This document shows positions 37,218 to 46,406 of a stretch of 64,000 nucleotides of DNA, in pieces (position 1 is the first letter of the stretch; each line of letters opens with the position of its first letter). The translations under genes were made by a program, and so were the position numbers. Under the pieces are notes generated by a model. The model was not told the DNA's origin, did no database searches, and saw nothing but the letters and a program-made list of their open reading frames with translations. The DNA lies in NCBI GenBank assembly GCA_028689735.1, contig JAQVCP010000007.1, forward strand, positions 20,962 through 84,961, in the 5' to 3' direction. The DNA comes from Hespellia sp. (GTDB taxonomy: Bacteria; Bacillota; Clostridia; Lachnospirales; Lachnospiraceae).

Positions 37218-38717
37218 TTACGGCGAGACTCCAGCGTAAATCCAGGTTTCTCCGTTATCATTCGACTGAAAAAGGATCCCTTCCTCTTCGCCTGCTCCTG
37301 ACATCGCCGTAACCTTCAGATGAAATCCATCCCATTCCGGCATGGTCAGATATGCGTAGTCCTGCCGTCCCAGATTATAATCTGCGGCATGCTCCGGCAG
37401 CCGGGTAACAGTATCCATCGGGAACTCGCACTTCGTCCAGCTGACCCCGCCATCCTTGGTGACATAGATTTGGGATGCACTCTGGGATGCTCCTGCCAAT
37501 CCCGCAAAACCAAACTGGTCGGTAAAAAATTCCAGCCCTTCTGCCACACCGATATCAGGAAACGGATTCTCATTGATCCGCTCCCATGTGGTTCCACCAT
37601 CCTTGGTCAGCTCCAGCGCATAGGAACGGCTTCCTGCTGCCGCGTCTGTCACCGCAAGCCGCCACCCGGTATTTTTATCCAGGAAATAGTACATTGATCC
37701 GTCTGTCTGATCTGAATACTGTCCAAGCTGCTGCTTTGCATTTTCTATCTGCTCCTCCATCTTCTCCCTGCTGATTTCTTCGGCAGTCACATATTCCGGC
37801 TCCATGATGAACCGCTTCGGTGTAACACTCTCTGCCTCGGGTATGTATAGGGATAGTTCGTAACCAACTGCACTTCCACCAGCCTGCAGCCTCGTAATGA
37901 TGCTGTCACCGACCCCTGTTTCCCGGCCGTCTCCGTCTGCATCGCCCGGAAGATACTCCAGACCTTCCGACGTCTCAAAGGAACGGCGCCCATAGTAGAG
38001 AATCTCATATTCTATATCCCCGCCTGTTCCCCACTCTTTTATCTCCTTTTGACAGTCCACGTTTTCCAAAATGCGCAGCATAGGATTCAAAGACATCTCT
38101 GCAGAATAGTCCCCAGATCCATCCTCTCCAATCCAGACAGTCATTTTTTTGCTGTCGTCTGCATTATAGTTTACTACATAGGTCTGTGTTTTCCCCTCTG
38201 CATTCTTTCCATATAGAATCGTGTAAATGAACTGTATCGTTCCATCCTGGTCAAAGGACATTTCATAGGAATCTGAGATATACAATTCTGCCGGAAGGTT
38301 GAGTTCCTTGTCAAGATCCGCCAGCACACCATTCACTCCGGTTTCAAAGAAGTTATTATGACTCAGTGAAATCATCCGCTCATTCTTTATCTGGTCCAGT
38401 TTCCATGACAGCTTCCCTTGATAGGCGGCAGCGGAGTAGACAATGCGCGCTCCAAAAAACATGGTCCCAATCAGGCAGACAATAATCTCCGCAGCCAGAA
38501 CCTTCTTGTTGACCCGGTTTCCGCCCGGTTCTTTTGGCTTTGCACTATAGGAAATGAGCCAGAGAACAATGCACACTACCAGGGCAAGTATATCGAATAA
38601 AATTCTGATAATATTGGATATCATTCCGCCATACTGGCATAACTGCCAGACATGGTATAATGCCAGAAGATAGAACAAGACTGTGATTTTCCCGAAGGTT
38701 TTATTTATGATTTTCAT
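37218..38717 (-). CDS. Membrane-anchored protein with BNR/Asp-box (beta-propeller) repeats
   Basis: Three N-terminal TM segments; TKDGGTTW, TKDGGVSW, SNDNGETW. Confidence 0.75.
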   Translation of the reverse strand: MKIINKTFGKITVLFYLLALYHVWQLCQYGGMISNIIRILFDILALVVCIVLWLISYSAKPKEPGGNRVNKKVLAAEIIVCLIGTMFFGARIVYSAAAYQGKLSWKLDQIKNERMISLSHNNFFETGVNGVLADLDKELNLPAELYISDSYEMSFDQDGTIQFIYTILYGKNAEGKTQTYVVNYNADDSKKMTVWIGEDGSGDYSAEMSLNPMLRILENVDCQKEIKEWGTGGDIEYEILYYGRRSFETSEGLEYLPGDADGDGRETGVGDSIITRLQAGGSAVGYELSLYIPEAESVTPKRFIMEPEYVTAEEISREKMEEQIENAKQQLGQYSDQTDGSMYYFLDKNTGWRLAVTDAAAGSRSYALELTKDGGTTWERINENPFPDIGVAEGLEFFTDQFGFAGLAGASQSASQIYVTKDGGVSWTKCEFPMDTVTRLPEHAADYNLGRQDYAYLTMPEWDGFHLKVTAMSGAGEEEGILFQSNDNGETWIYAGVSP

Positions 38718-38905
38718 TGATAACCTCTTTTTCTTTCTGTTCAGTGCCAAAGCAGACTCCAAGTGAACTCTTGACTCTTAGTTTATTCTGCAAACCACTT
38801 GAATTAATAATAAAATTATACTATAAAAAACAGAGTAATAAAAGCCATTCGGTCTATTACTCTGTTTTTATAGAAAACTCTTGTTTCACTGAATGCCATG
38901 GATGC

Positions 38906-39382
38906 CTAGACAATTCCCAATAACCTTCCAATCCAGTAAATCACACCCAGCACCCAGCTAGTCACGATTCCATACAGGATCACCGGTCCCGCTATGGTAA
39001 ATATCTTACACCCAATTCCAAACACCTGACCCTCTTTCTTATATTCGATTGCCGGTGCCGCCACAGAATTGGCAAAACCTGTAATCGGTACCAGAGCACC
39101 TGCACCGCCCCAGTTGGCGATTCGCGGATAAATATTAAGACCTGTCAGAATCACGCTGAGCAGCACCAGAATCAGAGATGTCCAGGAGCCGGAAATTTCC
39201 TGACTAAGATCCAGTAGCTTGCAATAATTCATGATTGCCTGCCCAATGCAGCAGATGATTCCACCTGTGATAAATGCTCTGACCATATTCGTTCCCAGAC
39301 GGTTTTTTGGTGTCATCTGCTTCACATATTCCTTATACTGTTCTTCTTTTCTTTTTTTTCGTGCCTGCTCTTTAGATGCCAT
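38906..39382 (-). CDS. spoVAC: Stage V sporulation protein AC
   Basis: RAFITGGIICCIGQ, GAGALVPITGFAN, IAGPVILYG. Confidence 0.95.
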   Translation of the reverse strand: MASKEQARKKRKEEQYKEYVKQMTPKNRLGTNMVRAFITGGIICCIGQAIMNYCKLLDLSQEISGSWTSLILVLLSVILTGLNIYPRIANWGGAGALVPITGFANSVAAPAIEYKKEGQVFGIGCKIFTIAGPVILYGIVTSWVLGVIYWIGRLLGIV

Positions 39383-39590
39383 TTATGCCTCCCATCTGTT
39401 CCGACTGACTACCTGTATCCAGCATTGCTCCCCTAAACTCCTCACTCCGTCTGACCAGCGTTCCCTCACTTAGATTCTCGCTTCCCTTCACTCCATAGTA
39501 ATAATAGAAAATACCTACTACAACAGCCACCAGAACCATTCCGATCAGCCACATTCTCAGTCGTTTTCTCGCCCGATCCATATGATACAC
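39372..39590 (-). CDS. Small single-TM protein between sigF and spoVAC
   Basis: One hydrophobic helix; overlaps the spoVAC start. Confidence 0.5.
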   Translation of the reverse strand: MYHMDRARKRLRMWLIGMVLVAVVVGIFYYYYGVKGSENLSEGTLVRRSEEFRGAMLDTGSQSEQMGGINGI

Positions 39591-39623
39591 CCGCCTTTCC
39601 CAAGTAGTATGGCAAAAAGCATC

Positions 39624-40340
39624 CTAGTTATGCATTTCTTTCAATCGTTTTAAAATTTTTTTCTCCAGCCTTGACACTTGCACCTGGGAAATTCCCAGCT
39701 TTTCCCCTACCTGAGTCTGCGTTTCCTCATCGAAATAACGCAGATAGATCAACTGTCGTTCCTCTTTGTCCAGCGACTCCAATAGCTGCTGCAAAACCAT
39801 ACGATTCAGAACCATCTCTTCCTGGTGCTCTTTTTCCTCCAATTTATCAACCAATTGGATTTCATTTCCACCCTCATTAAAAATGGGCTTGTAAATGGAT
39901 TCAATTTCTCCACTGGCCTCCATTGCCTGCACCAGTTCTTCTTTTTCCACCTTCATTTTTTCCGAAAGTTCTTCGATGGTGGGTTCCCGCCCCAGAATAT
40001 CCTGCAGTTTTTCTTTTTCCCGGAATACCTGATAAGCCAGCTCTTTGAGAGAGCGGCTTACTTTCATCATTCCGTCATCTCTAAGAAATCGTTTAATCTC
40101 ACCGCTGATCATGGGGACCGCATAAGTCGAGAATCGTACATCATAGGATAGATCGAATTTGTCAATGGCTTTGAGGAGCCCAATGCTGCCAATCTGGAAC
40201 AAATCCTCCGGCTCTGCTCCACGCCCGCGAAAGCGCTTGACCACGCACCAGATCAGTCCTACATTTTCCTCTACCAGCTTCTCTCTCGCCGTTTTATCGC
40301 CTTGGTGTGATTTTTGAATTAAAGCGATTGTGTGGTCCAT
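39624..40340 (-). CDS. sigF: RNA polymerase sporulation sigma factor F
   Basis: DLFQIGSIGLLKAIDKFD, TQTQVGEKLGISQVQVSRLEK; third gene after spoIIAA and spoIIAB. Confidence 0.95.
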   Translation of the reverse strand: MDHTIALIQKSHQGDKTAREKLVEENVGLIWCVVKRFRGRGAEPEDLFQIGSIGLLKAIDKFDLSYDVRFSTYAVPMISGEIKRFLRDDGMMKVSRSLKELAYQVFREKEKLQDILGREPTIEELSEKMKVEKEELVQAMEASGEIESIYKPIFNEGGNEIQLVDKLEEKEHQEEMVLNRMVLQQLLESLDKEERQLIYLRYFDEETQTQVGEKLGISQVQVSRLEKKILKRLKEMHN

Positions 40341-40774
40341 GTCTCCCTTTCTTTTCCGATTCTTTTTTCCATTGTCACAAGCGTGCCCTCACCTGCCCGC
40401 GACTGCACCGAAATATGGTCCATAAATGCTTCCATGAATGCGAATCCCATTCCGGCGCGGTCTTCCTCTGGCTTGGTAGTAAACAGCGGTTCCATCGCCT
40501 GCTTGATATCCTCAATTCCAATCCCCTGATCTTTCACCTCTACCTGAAACAGATTACCGGTGATGCTGCAATGAATCTCAATGTTATGTACTTCATTTCC
40601 ATAAGCATGGATGATTGCATTCGTCACCGCCTCCGAGATTGCGGTCTTGACGTCCGCCACTTCCTCTATGGTCGGGTTGAGCTGTGTCAGGAAAGCTGCT
40701 GCCGCGACTCTGGCAAATCCCTCATTGACTGGTCTGCTGTCAAATATAATCGTCATTTCATTGGTGTCCCTCAT
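40319..40774 (-). CDS. spoIIAB: Anti-sigma F factor kinase
   Basis: NEGFARV, DVKTAISEAVTNAIIHAY, RAGMGFAFM. Confidence 0.95.
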   Translation of the reverse strand: MRDTNEMTIIFDSRPVNEGFARVAAAAFLTQLNPTIEEVADVKTAISEAVTNAIIHAYGNEVHNIEIHCSITGNLFQVEVKDQGIGIEDIKQAMEPLFTTKPEEDRAGMGFAFMEAFMDHISVQSRAGEGTLVTMEKRIGKERETWTTQSL

Positions 40775-41085
40775 GCTCGTTCCTCCTCATAAATCTTCAT
40801 AATATTCAGCACTCCCGAAAGCGTCAGAATCTTGCGCATTCGCGCTCCTACATGGACCGCCCATACTTCTCCGCCCAACAAGTTCAAAAGACGGTATCGC
40901 CCCATGATGACCCCAATTCCTGAACTGTCGCAAAACTCCGTCTCCCCAAAGTCAAAAATCAGATAGCGGATATGATTGTGGGTGATAAGCAAATCTGCTT
41001 CCTTTCGCATTTCCTCTGCATTGTAGTGGTCTACCTCCTTTGGCAGATAAACCGTCAGATAATTCTCCTGAATCTTGTAATTCAT
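40771..41085 (-). CDS. spoIIAA: Anti-sigma F factor antagonist (STAS)
   Basis: EVDHYNA, FCDSSGIGVIMGRY. Confidence 0.95.
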   Translation of the reverse strand: MNYKIQENYLTVYLPKEVDHYNAEEMRKEADLLITHNHIRYLIFDFGETEFCDSSGIGVIMGRYRLLNLLGGEVWAVHVGARMRKILTLSGVLNIMKIYEEERA

Positions 41086-41150
41086 AACAATCCTCCTTGT
41101 TTTATTCAGACTTCATATGTTTCCTTTGCTTCTGATTGATGAGAAAAAAA

Positions 41151-41182
41151 GAAGGACATGCGTCTCTCTTCGCATATCCTTC
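41151..41182 (-). terminator. Terminator after the TPR gene
   Basis: GAAGGATATGCG...CGCATGTCCTTC followed by a T7 run on the minus strand. Confidence 0.7.
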
Positions 41183-41209
41183 TCTTTCGTATTGGTCTTA
41201 TTCTATTGA

Positions 41210-42622
41210 TTACTCCGTGTCCTCATCGTAGTTATCACTGCTCTCATCCTGCGAGTCACTATTATTGGAAGATGAATTCCCGCTGCCCGATGAAGCATTG
41301 GTGATATTTACATTGCCGTTCAGACCTTCCTGGGCTTTTGTAGCCACGTCAGTGTCCGGATACAGCTCAATCACTCTCTGGAACCTCGTGTTGGCATTGG
41401 TCGTATCTCCATTCAGAAAGTATGCCGCTCCCAGATTATAAATAGCCTCTCCGTCCTGATAGCTCTCATTCATTGTAACTACCTTGTTCATGGCATCAAT
41501 TGCAGTCTGATAATCTCCACTGCTCAGTGCCGACTCTCCGGTAGAGAACTCTGTATCACAGACATCCGGGTAGATGTTGCCTGTCAGTTCATCAAACAGA
41601 GCCTGTCCCTGAGTTCCAAGTGAATCCCGGTGAATAGCCATCAGCGAATCCGCCATGGTTGCACTGCTGTAATCAGCAGAATCATACTGGTCTGACACCT
41701 GCATCAGGCTTTCATAGCTGTCAGCTGTATTCTGGGCATTTGTAAGCACTTCCTCAGTCTCTCCGTTGCTTGCACGGTATTCATCCAGAGCCTTTTTCTG
41801 GGCGCTGAGCTCCGCCTTCTGAGCTGCGACCAGCTCTCCATACTCCAGCAGCTGCTTATTCGCATTGTCAAGCTGGCTTTCATTCACTGCCGGAACAATC
41901 AGGAACCACACAGTTGCTGCTCCGATTACAATCCCGAGAATAATGTTAATCCACATCTGCCCCACCAGCTCCCGCCACTTAGCAGGAGCCGGCTGAATAA
42001 TGGTTTCATTACCAAGCTTATAGCTGACTGCATTTTCAGCGGTTCCCCGCACCTCAGTCTCACGAATTTTTTTTCCTTTAAGCTGCGTCATCTCATGCAT
42101 ATAACGAAGGGTGATCTCATTGGTCGTATCCAGCTTTCTTGCTGTCCTTAAAATCTGTCTTGCCTTAGCATACTGCTCTGTCTTAAGATAAAGCAGTGCC
42201 AGAAGTTGGTACGCCTTAAGGAAGGTCGGATGTGCCACGATGACCTTTTTCAGCTGAATTACCGCCAGATCATCTCCATCCTGCTGACAATACAAGAGAC
42301 ACTGGTTATACTTCTTTACCGCCTGATTGACGGCTTCCAGCTCATTGGCATTCTCCTGCACCTTCGCTATGTAGTAATTGGCTATATTATCGGTTGGACG
42401 GAAGTTCTTGCTGATAATCCATTCTACCAGTCCTTCTGCCACCTCTCCGCGTCCATAATACACCAGACCCAGGAGATTACGGGCAGCGATATTCTCTCTA
42501 TTATATTGTAAACTACGCCTCAATGATGTGATTGCACCAGACATATCATGCATCTGTGCTTTGCTGAGGCCATCATTATACCAATAATTGGATTGGAATA
42601 AGATCTTCGTAGTAATCTGCAT
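41210..42622 (-). CDS. Tetratricopeptide repeat protein with central TM segment and coiled coil
   Basis: ARNLLGLVYYGRG, AIYNLGAAYF; hydrophobic segment IILGIVIGAATVWFLIVP. Confidence 0.85.
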   Translation of the reverse strand: MQITTKILFQSNYWYNDGLSKAQMHDMSGAITSLRRSLQYNRENIAARNLLGLVYYGRGEVAEGLVEWIISKNFRPTDNIANYYIAKVQENANELEAVNQAVKKYNQCLLYCQQDGDDLAVIQLKKVIVAHPTFLKAYQLLALLYLKTEQYAKARQILRTARKLDTTNEITLRYMHEMTQLKGKKIRETEVRGTAENAVSYKLGNETIIQPAPAKWRELVGQMWINIILGIVIGAATVWFLIVPAVNESQLDNANKQLLEYGELVAAQKAELSAQKKALDEYRASNGETEEVLTNAQNTADSYESLMQVSDQYDSADYSSATMADSLMAIHRDSLGTQGQALFDELTGNIYPDVCDTEFSTGESALSSGDYQTAIDAMNKVVTMNESYQDGEAIYNLGAAYFLNGDTTNANTRFQRVIELYPDTDVATKAQEGLNGNVNITNASSGSGNSSSNNSDSQDESSDNYDEDTE

Positions 42623-42642
42623 CTATACTCACCATTATCTTT

Positions 42643-42777
42643 CTACTTTGTCTGATCCATTACCTCACGAAGCAGGTCTGTCATATCTGACAAATCCTCC
42701 TGATACACTGCTTCTTCTATATCTTCTACTTCCAAACTGGGTTTGAATTTTTTTAATTCTTCTTCATAATCAAGCAT
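42643..42777 (-). CDS. Small acidic protein (44 aa), not in the ORF track
   Basis: RBS GGAGGA then MLDYEEELKKFKPSLEVEDIEEAVYQEDLSDMTDLLREVMDQTK*; fills the folC-TPR gap. Confidence 0.7.
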   Translation of the reverse strand: MLDYEEELKKFKPSLEVEDIEEAVYQEDLSDMTDLLREVMDQTK

Positions 42778-42792
42778 TGACTCTTCCTCCTT

Positions 42793-44070
42793 CTACCGCG
42801 AAAAATATTCTTTGATCATCCCTGTCAAATAAAGAGATCCCAGACAATAGATTGTCCTCCCCTTCTGGTTGTCCAACAGGCATTCTATCGCTTCCTCCAG
42901 TGTATCCTTCACGACCACCGGACACTGCGTATACTGGCGGAACAGATTGCCAAGCACTGCTGCATTGGCTCTCCGCTTGTCCTCAATAGGTGTAATTACA
43001 TAGGCATCTGCCTCCATGTGCGTACAGAGATACGCAATCATATGTTCGTAATCCTTATCTGCCACTGCTGAAAACAAAACCAGATTCCCCTCCGGATTCT
43101 CAGGTACTGTATCAGTAAATGCTTCAATTGCACTGATGTTATGCGCCCCATCAACGTAGACTCCCGGAAGAATCTCTTCCATTCGTCCCGCCCAGCGAAC
43201 ACCTGCCAGCGCACTCTCCCACTTTTCTAACTGCTTCTCTTCCTTCATAAGACAACGCATAATCTCCAGTGCCATCATTGCGTTATCTGCCTGGTACCTT
43301 CCAATGTTGTCCAGTGTCCAGGTAGTATCTTCATAATACGCATTTACAGCTGAAAATGCAATATGTTTCCGGTCACTTTCTCGGAATTCGTACGCACTTT
43401 TCGATATTTTTTTACAAGGTGCCTGCATTTTTTCTGCCTGTTTCTCAATGACACGGTTGCTGTCCTTTGCTCCATCCAGATAGAAGACCGGAACATCTTT
43501 TTTTATGATACCTGCTTTTTCTCCCGCAATCTGTTCAATAGTATGACCCAGCCACTGGGTGTGATCAAGACCGATTTCCGTAATCCCGCAGACCGTTGGA
43601 TGCTCAATGGAATTCGTTGCATCCAGTCTGCCTCCAAGCCCGGTTTCCAGAATCAGATATTCCACATCTGCTCTTGCAAATGCAGTCATTGCCATCCCAA
43701 AAAGAAATTCAAAAAATGTAGGATGACTGACTCCCTCCCGCCGCATCTTCTCCACCACTTCCATCACTTCATGGAAAACAGAAAGAAAATCATCATCACT
43801 GATCATTTGACCGTTGATGACGATTCTTTCATTCATGGTAACAAGATGGGGGGAGATACAAAGACCAGTGGTCTTCCCCCCCGCCTGCAGCATCGCCTGA
43901 ATGTACGCACAGACAGAACCTTTCCCATTCGTTCCGGCTATGTGGACAATCTTCCGTCCCTGCTGTGGTTCTCCCAGCCGCTTTAAAAAATCGCGGGTAT
44001 GGGCAAGTGTATTTTTCTTTGTAAACTTTGGCGTATCTGATATATAAGCGACCGCTTCCTCGTAATTCAC
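42793..44070 (-). CDS. folC: Folylpolyglutamate synthase/dihydrofolate synthase
   Basis: VHIAGTNGKGS, ETGLGGRLDATN, DGAHN. Confidence 0.95.
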   Translation of the reverse strand: MNYEEAVAYISDTPKFTKKNTLAHTRDFLKRLGEPQQGRKIVHIAGTNGKGSVCAYIQAMLQAGGKTTGLCISPHLVTMNERIVINGQMISDDDFLSVFHEVMEVVEKMRREGVSHPTFFEFLFGMAMTAFARADVEYLILETGLGGRLDATNSIEHPTVCGITEIGLDHTQWLGHTIEQIAGEKAGIIKKDVPVFYLDGAKDSNRVIEKQAEKMQAPCKKISKSAYEFRESDRKHIAFSAVNAYYEDTTWTLDNIGRYQADNAMMALEIMRCLMKEEKQLEKWESALAGVRWAGRMEEILPGVYVDGAHNISAIEAFTDTVPENPEGNLVLFSAVADKDYEHMIAYLCTHMEADAYVITPIEDKRRANAAVLGNLFRQYTQCPVVVKDTLEEAIECLLDNQKGRTIYCLGSLYLTGMIKEYFSR

Positions 44071-44126
44071 ATTTTCCTCCCGCGTAATTCTTTCGTAAAG
44101 CAGACACTCACGATCTGCTTCGATGC

Positions 44127-46343
44127 TTATTGAGCATCCGGATTGCTTTCTGTCGTATGATCCTCTGGTGCACCATTCTTCTCTACTTCGTCTGTCACAA
44201 GTACCAGCTTCTTATCTTTATATTCATACTCTGCAGACGTCCGGAAAATCGTGTTGCTGGAGCCAACCTGACTGACGGTGATGATATCACCTTCCTGCAG
44301 CTTACTGTCTGTCAGCTCAATCCTTGTATTATTAAGAAATGTGCTGCTCTGCTTTTCTCCATTGATATACACCTTGCTCCACTTTGTAAAATTATCACCG
44401 TAGAGACTGTAGGTGCCATCCAGCTGAGAAACAATCTCAGATAATGTCACATCCTTCACGCCCATTTCCATATGGCCTTCCTCAATCGGATCTCCAGTAT
44501 TCTCATAGACATATTTGTCACCATATAAGATATCATATTGCAGTAATTCCAGATCTGACAGGTAATTCTTCGTCTGCCGTCTCTGCTGGTGGTAATTAAA
44601 AATCGTTCCCGAATGAATTCCAAGACGTTCAAACACATCTGCCATCACCTGATAGGAGGTAATATTCTGATTCTTCTTTTCCAAGCCGATATTGTCCCAG
44701 ATAACATAATTCGTGTTGTAAAGATATCTTCCCTTTAGGTCTTTTGCTTCCAGACCAAGTGTCGGAAGATGATCTCCATAAAAAACAATGACTGACGGCT
44801 CATTTCTTGCCTCAACTGCTGCAATCAGTTCACCTACGACTTTATCCATCTCATGAACTTCATTGACATAGTACTCCCAGGCATTTTTCTGACCTTCATC
44901 TTCCGGACCGGTAACCTCAACCTCCGGATTCTCCATAACCTTTTCTGTCGGATAATCTCCGTGTCCCTGGACACTGATGGTAAAGACAAAATCCTGCCCC
45001 TCTGTCGTGTCCATGGACTCCATGATGTTCGGCACCAAAATGTCATCTGTAGCCCATCCCTTCGGTGTAGTCTGAAGGATGTTCATGAATTCCTTACTGG
45101 TAAAATAATCGAATCCGATATTGTTAAATACTTTTGCACGGCTGTAGAAATTACCGCCATTATTGTGAAGTGCTTCCGTTCCATACCCTAGAGATGCAAG
45201 TGCCGTTGCTGCACTCTCCGCCACCTGGTTCTTAAGCACTGTCTTGTACGGATACTCTCCCGGTCCGAAAAACCGCAGGTTCATTCCAGTGAGTACTTCA
45301 AACTCTGTATTGGCAGTTCCAGCACCTACCGATGGCACTTTAAAATATCCGCTGGAGTAGTCATTGCTCAGCGCCCGCATATTCGGAATCGGATCCTTTG
45401 AAAACTGCAGCCATTCTACTTCTGTTGGATCAAAATATGACTCCAGCTGAACGAACATTATATTAGGAAGATCTTCCTTCGCAATGTCCGAACTGCTTTC
45501 ATTCAGAGCTCCATCATGGTTCAGTTCGGCAATTGCCTCCTCTGAATAGCCTGCAGGCTGGGAAATTCCCGTATTAAACACGCTCGCTGTGAAGCAGTAT
45601 GGAAATCCATAATCCTCATAGGCAAATGCAATATTTCCAAAATAGTTGGAAACGACACGCTTATCGATTGCAAGATTCGTAAGACCGGCATATCCTGCCA
45701 GTGCTGCTATCACTGCAATAAGTGCAATGACCCGATGCATTTTTCCTGTGTACTGTCCACCGCGGCGCCACATCGAGATTACCCAGATAACCACAGCTGC
45801 CACACCGATAACCAGCAGCACAAATTCAACTGGCGAAAAGTAGTTACTGATCAGAGCGGTTGCATCCGAGAGCACTTTCAGGTCCTGTGCATTAAATGGT
45901 GTAACTCGCTTGAGCAGCAGATAACCGTTAGAGATTCCAAGAACCAGCCAGAAAACACTGATCAGGATTCTCGTAAACACACGTCTCCGCACCAGATAGA
46001 CAATAAAAAATGTAGCAAAAATAAGGTACGAATTGAACAAAAATACTTTTGGCGCACCCACCATATATTCCCACGCAGCAATCAGAGAATGCCTGGAGAT
46101 CACCTCAATCACAAAATTCAACATGCACGCAAGCAGCGCATGAAGCAAAAGAGAAATGTGATTCATGACAGAATAATACGGGCGAAGCATTGTTGCAAGC
46201 TTTCCATTACGACGCTTTTCAAGTATCTCCTCGCGCCGCTCTTTTTTGCGTTTATAATATTCTTTGATGTCTTCTTTCTTCAAATTTTTTAACTTTGTAA
46301 AAAAACCTTTGATGTCTGGTCTCTTAATCTGAATTTTTTTCAA
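44127..46343 (-). CDS. LTA synthase family (sulfatase-fold) membrane protein
   Basis: PNIMFVQLES, GTANTEFE, SVQGHG, YGDHLP. Confidence 0.9.
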   Translation of the reverse strand: MKKIQIKRPDIKGFFTKLKNLKKEDIKEYYKRKKERREEILEKRRNGKLATMLRPYYSVMNHISLLLHALLACMLNFVIEVISRHSLIAAWEYMVGAPKVFLFNSYLIFATFFIVYLVRRRVFTRILISVFWLVLGISNGYLLLKRVTPFNAQDLKVLSDATALISNYFSPVEFVLLVIGVAAVVIWVISMWRRGGQYTGKMHRVIALIAVIAALAGYAGLTNLAIDKRVVSNYFGNIAFAYEDYGFPYCFTASVFNTGISQPAGYSEEAIAELNHDGALNESSSDIAKEDLPNIMFVQLESYFDPTEVEWLQFSKDPIPNMRALSNDYSSGYFKVPSVGAGTANTEFEVLTGMNLRFFGPGEYPYKTVLKNQVAESAATALASLGYGTEALHNNGGNFYSRAKVFNNIGFDYFTSKEFMNILQTTPKGWATDDILVPNIMESMDTTEGQDFVFTISVQGHGDYPTEKVMENPEVEVTGPEDEGQKNAWEYYVNEVHEMDKVVGELIAAVEARNEPSVIVFYGDHLPTLGLEAKDLKGRYLYNTNYVIWDNIGLEKKNQNITSYQVMADVFERLGIHSGTIFNYHQQRRQTKNYLSDLELLQYDILYGDKYVYENTGDPIEEGHMEMGVKDVTLSEIVSQLDGTYSLYGDNFTKWSKVYINGEKQSSTFLNNTRIELTDSKLQEGDIITVSQVGSSNTIFRTSAEYEYKDKKLVLVTDEVEKNGAPEDHTTESNPDAQ

Positions 46344-46406
46344 CTTGTAACCTCTCTCTAACCGGTTTCAACGTGCAGCAATTCCCCCATTGCTCTCTTG
46401 ACGATG

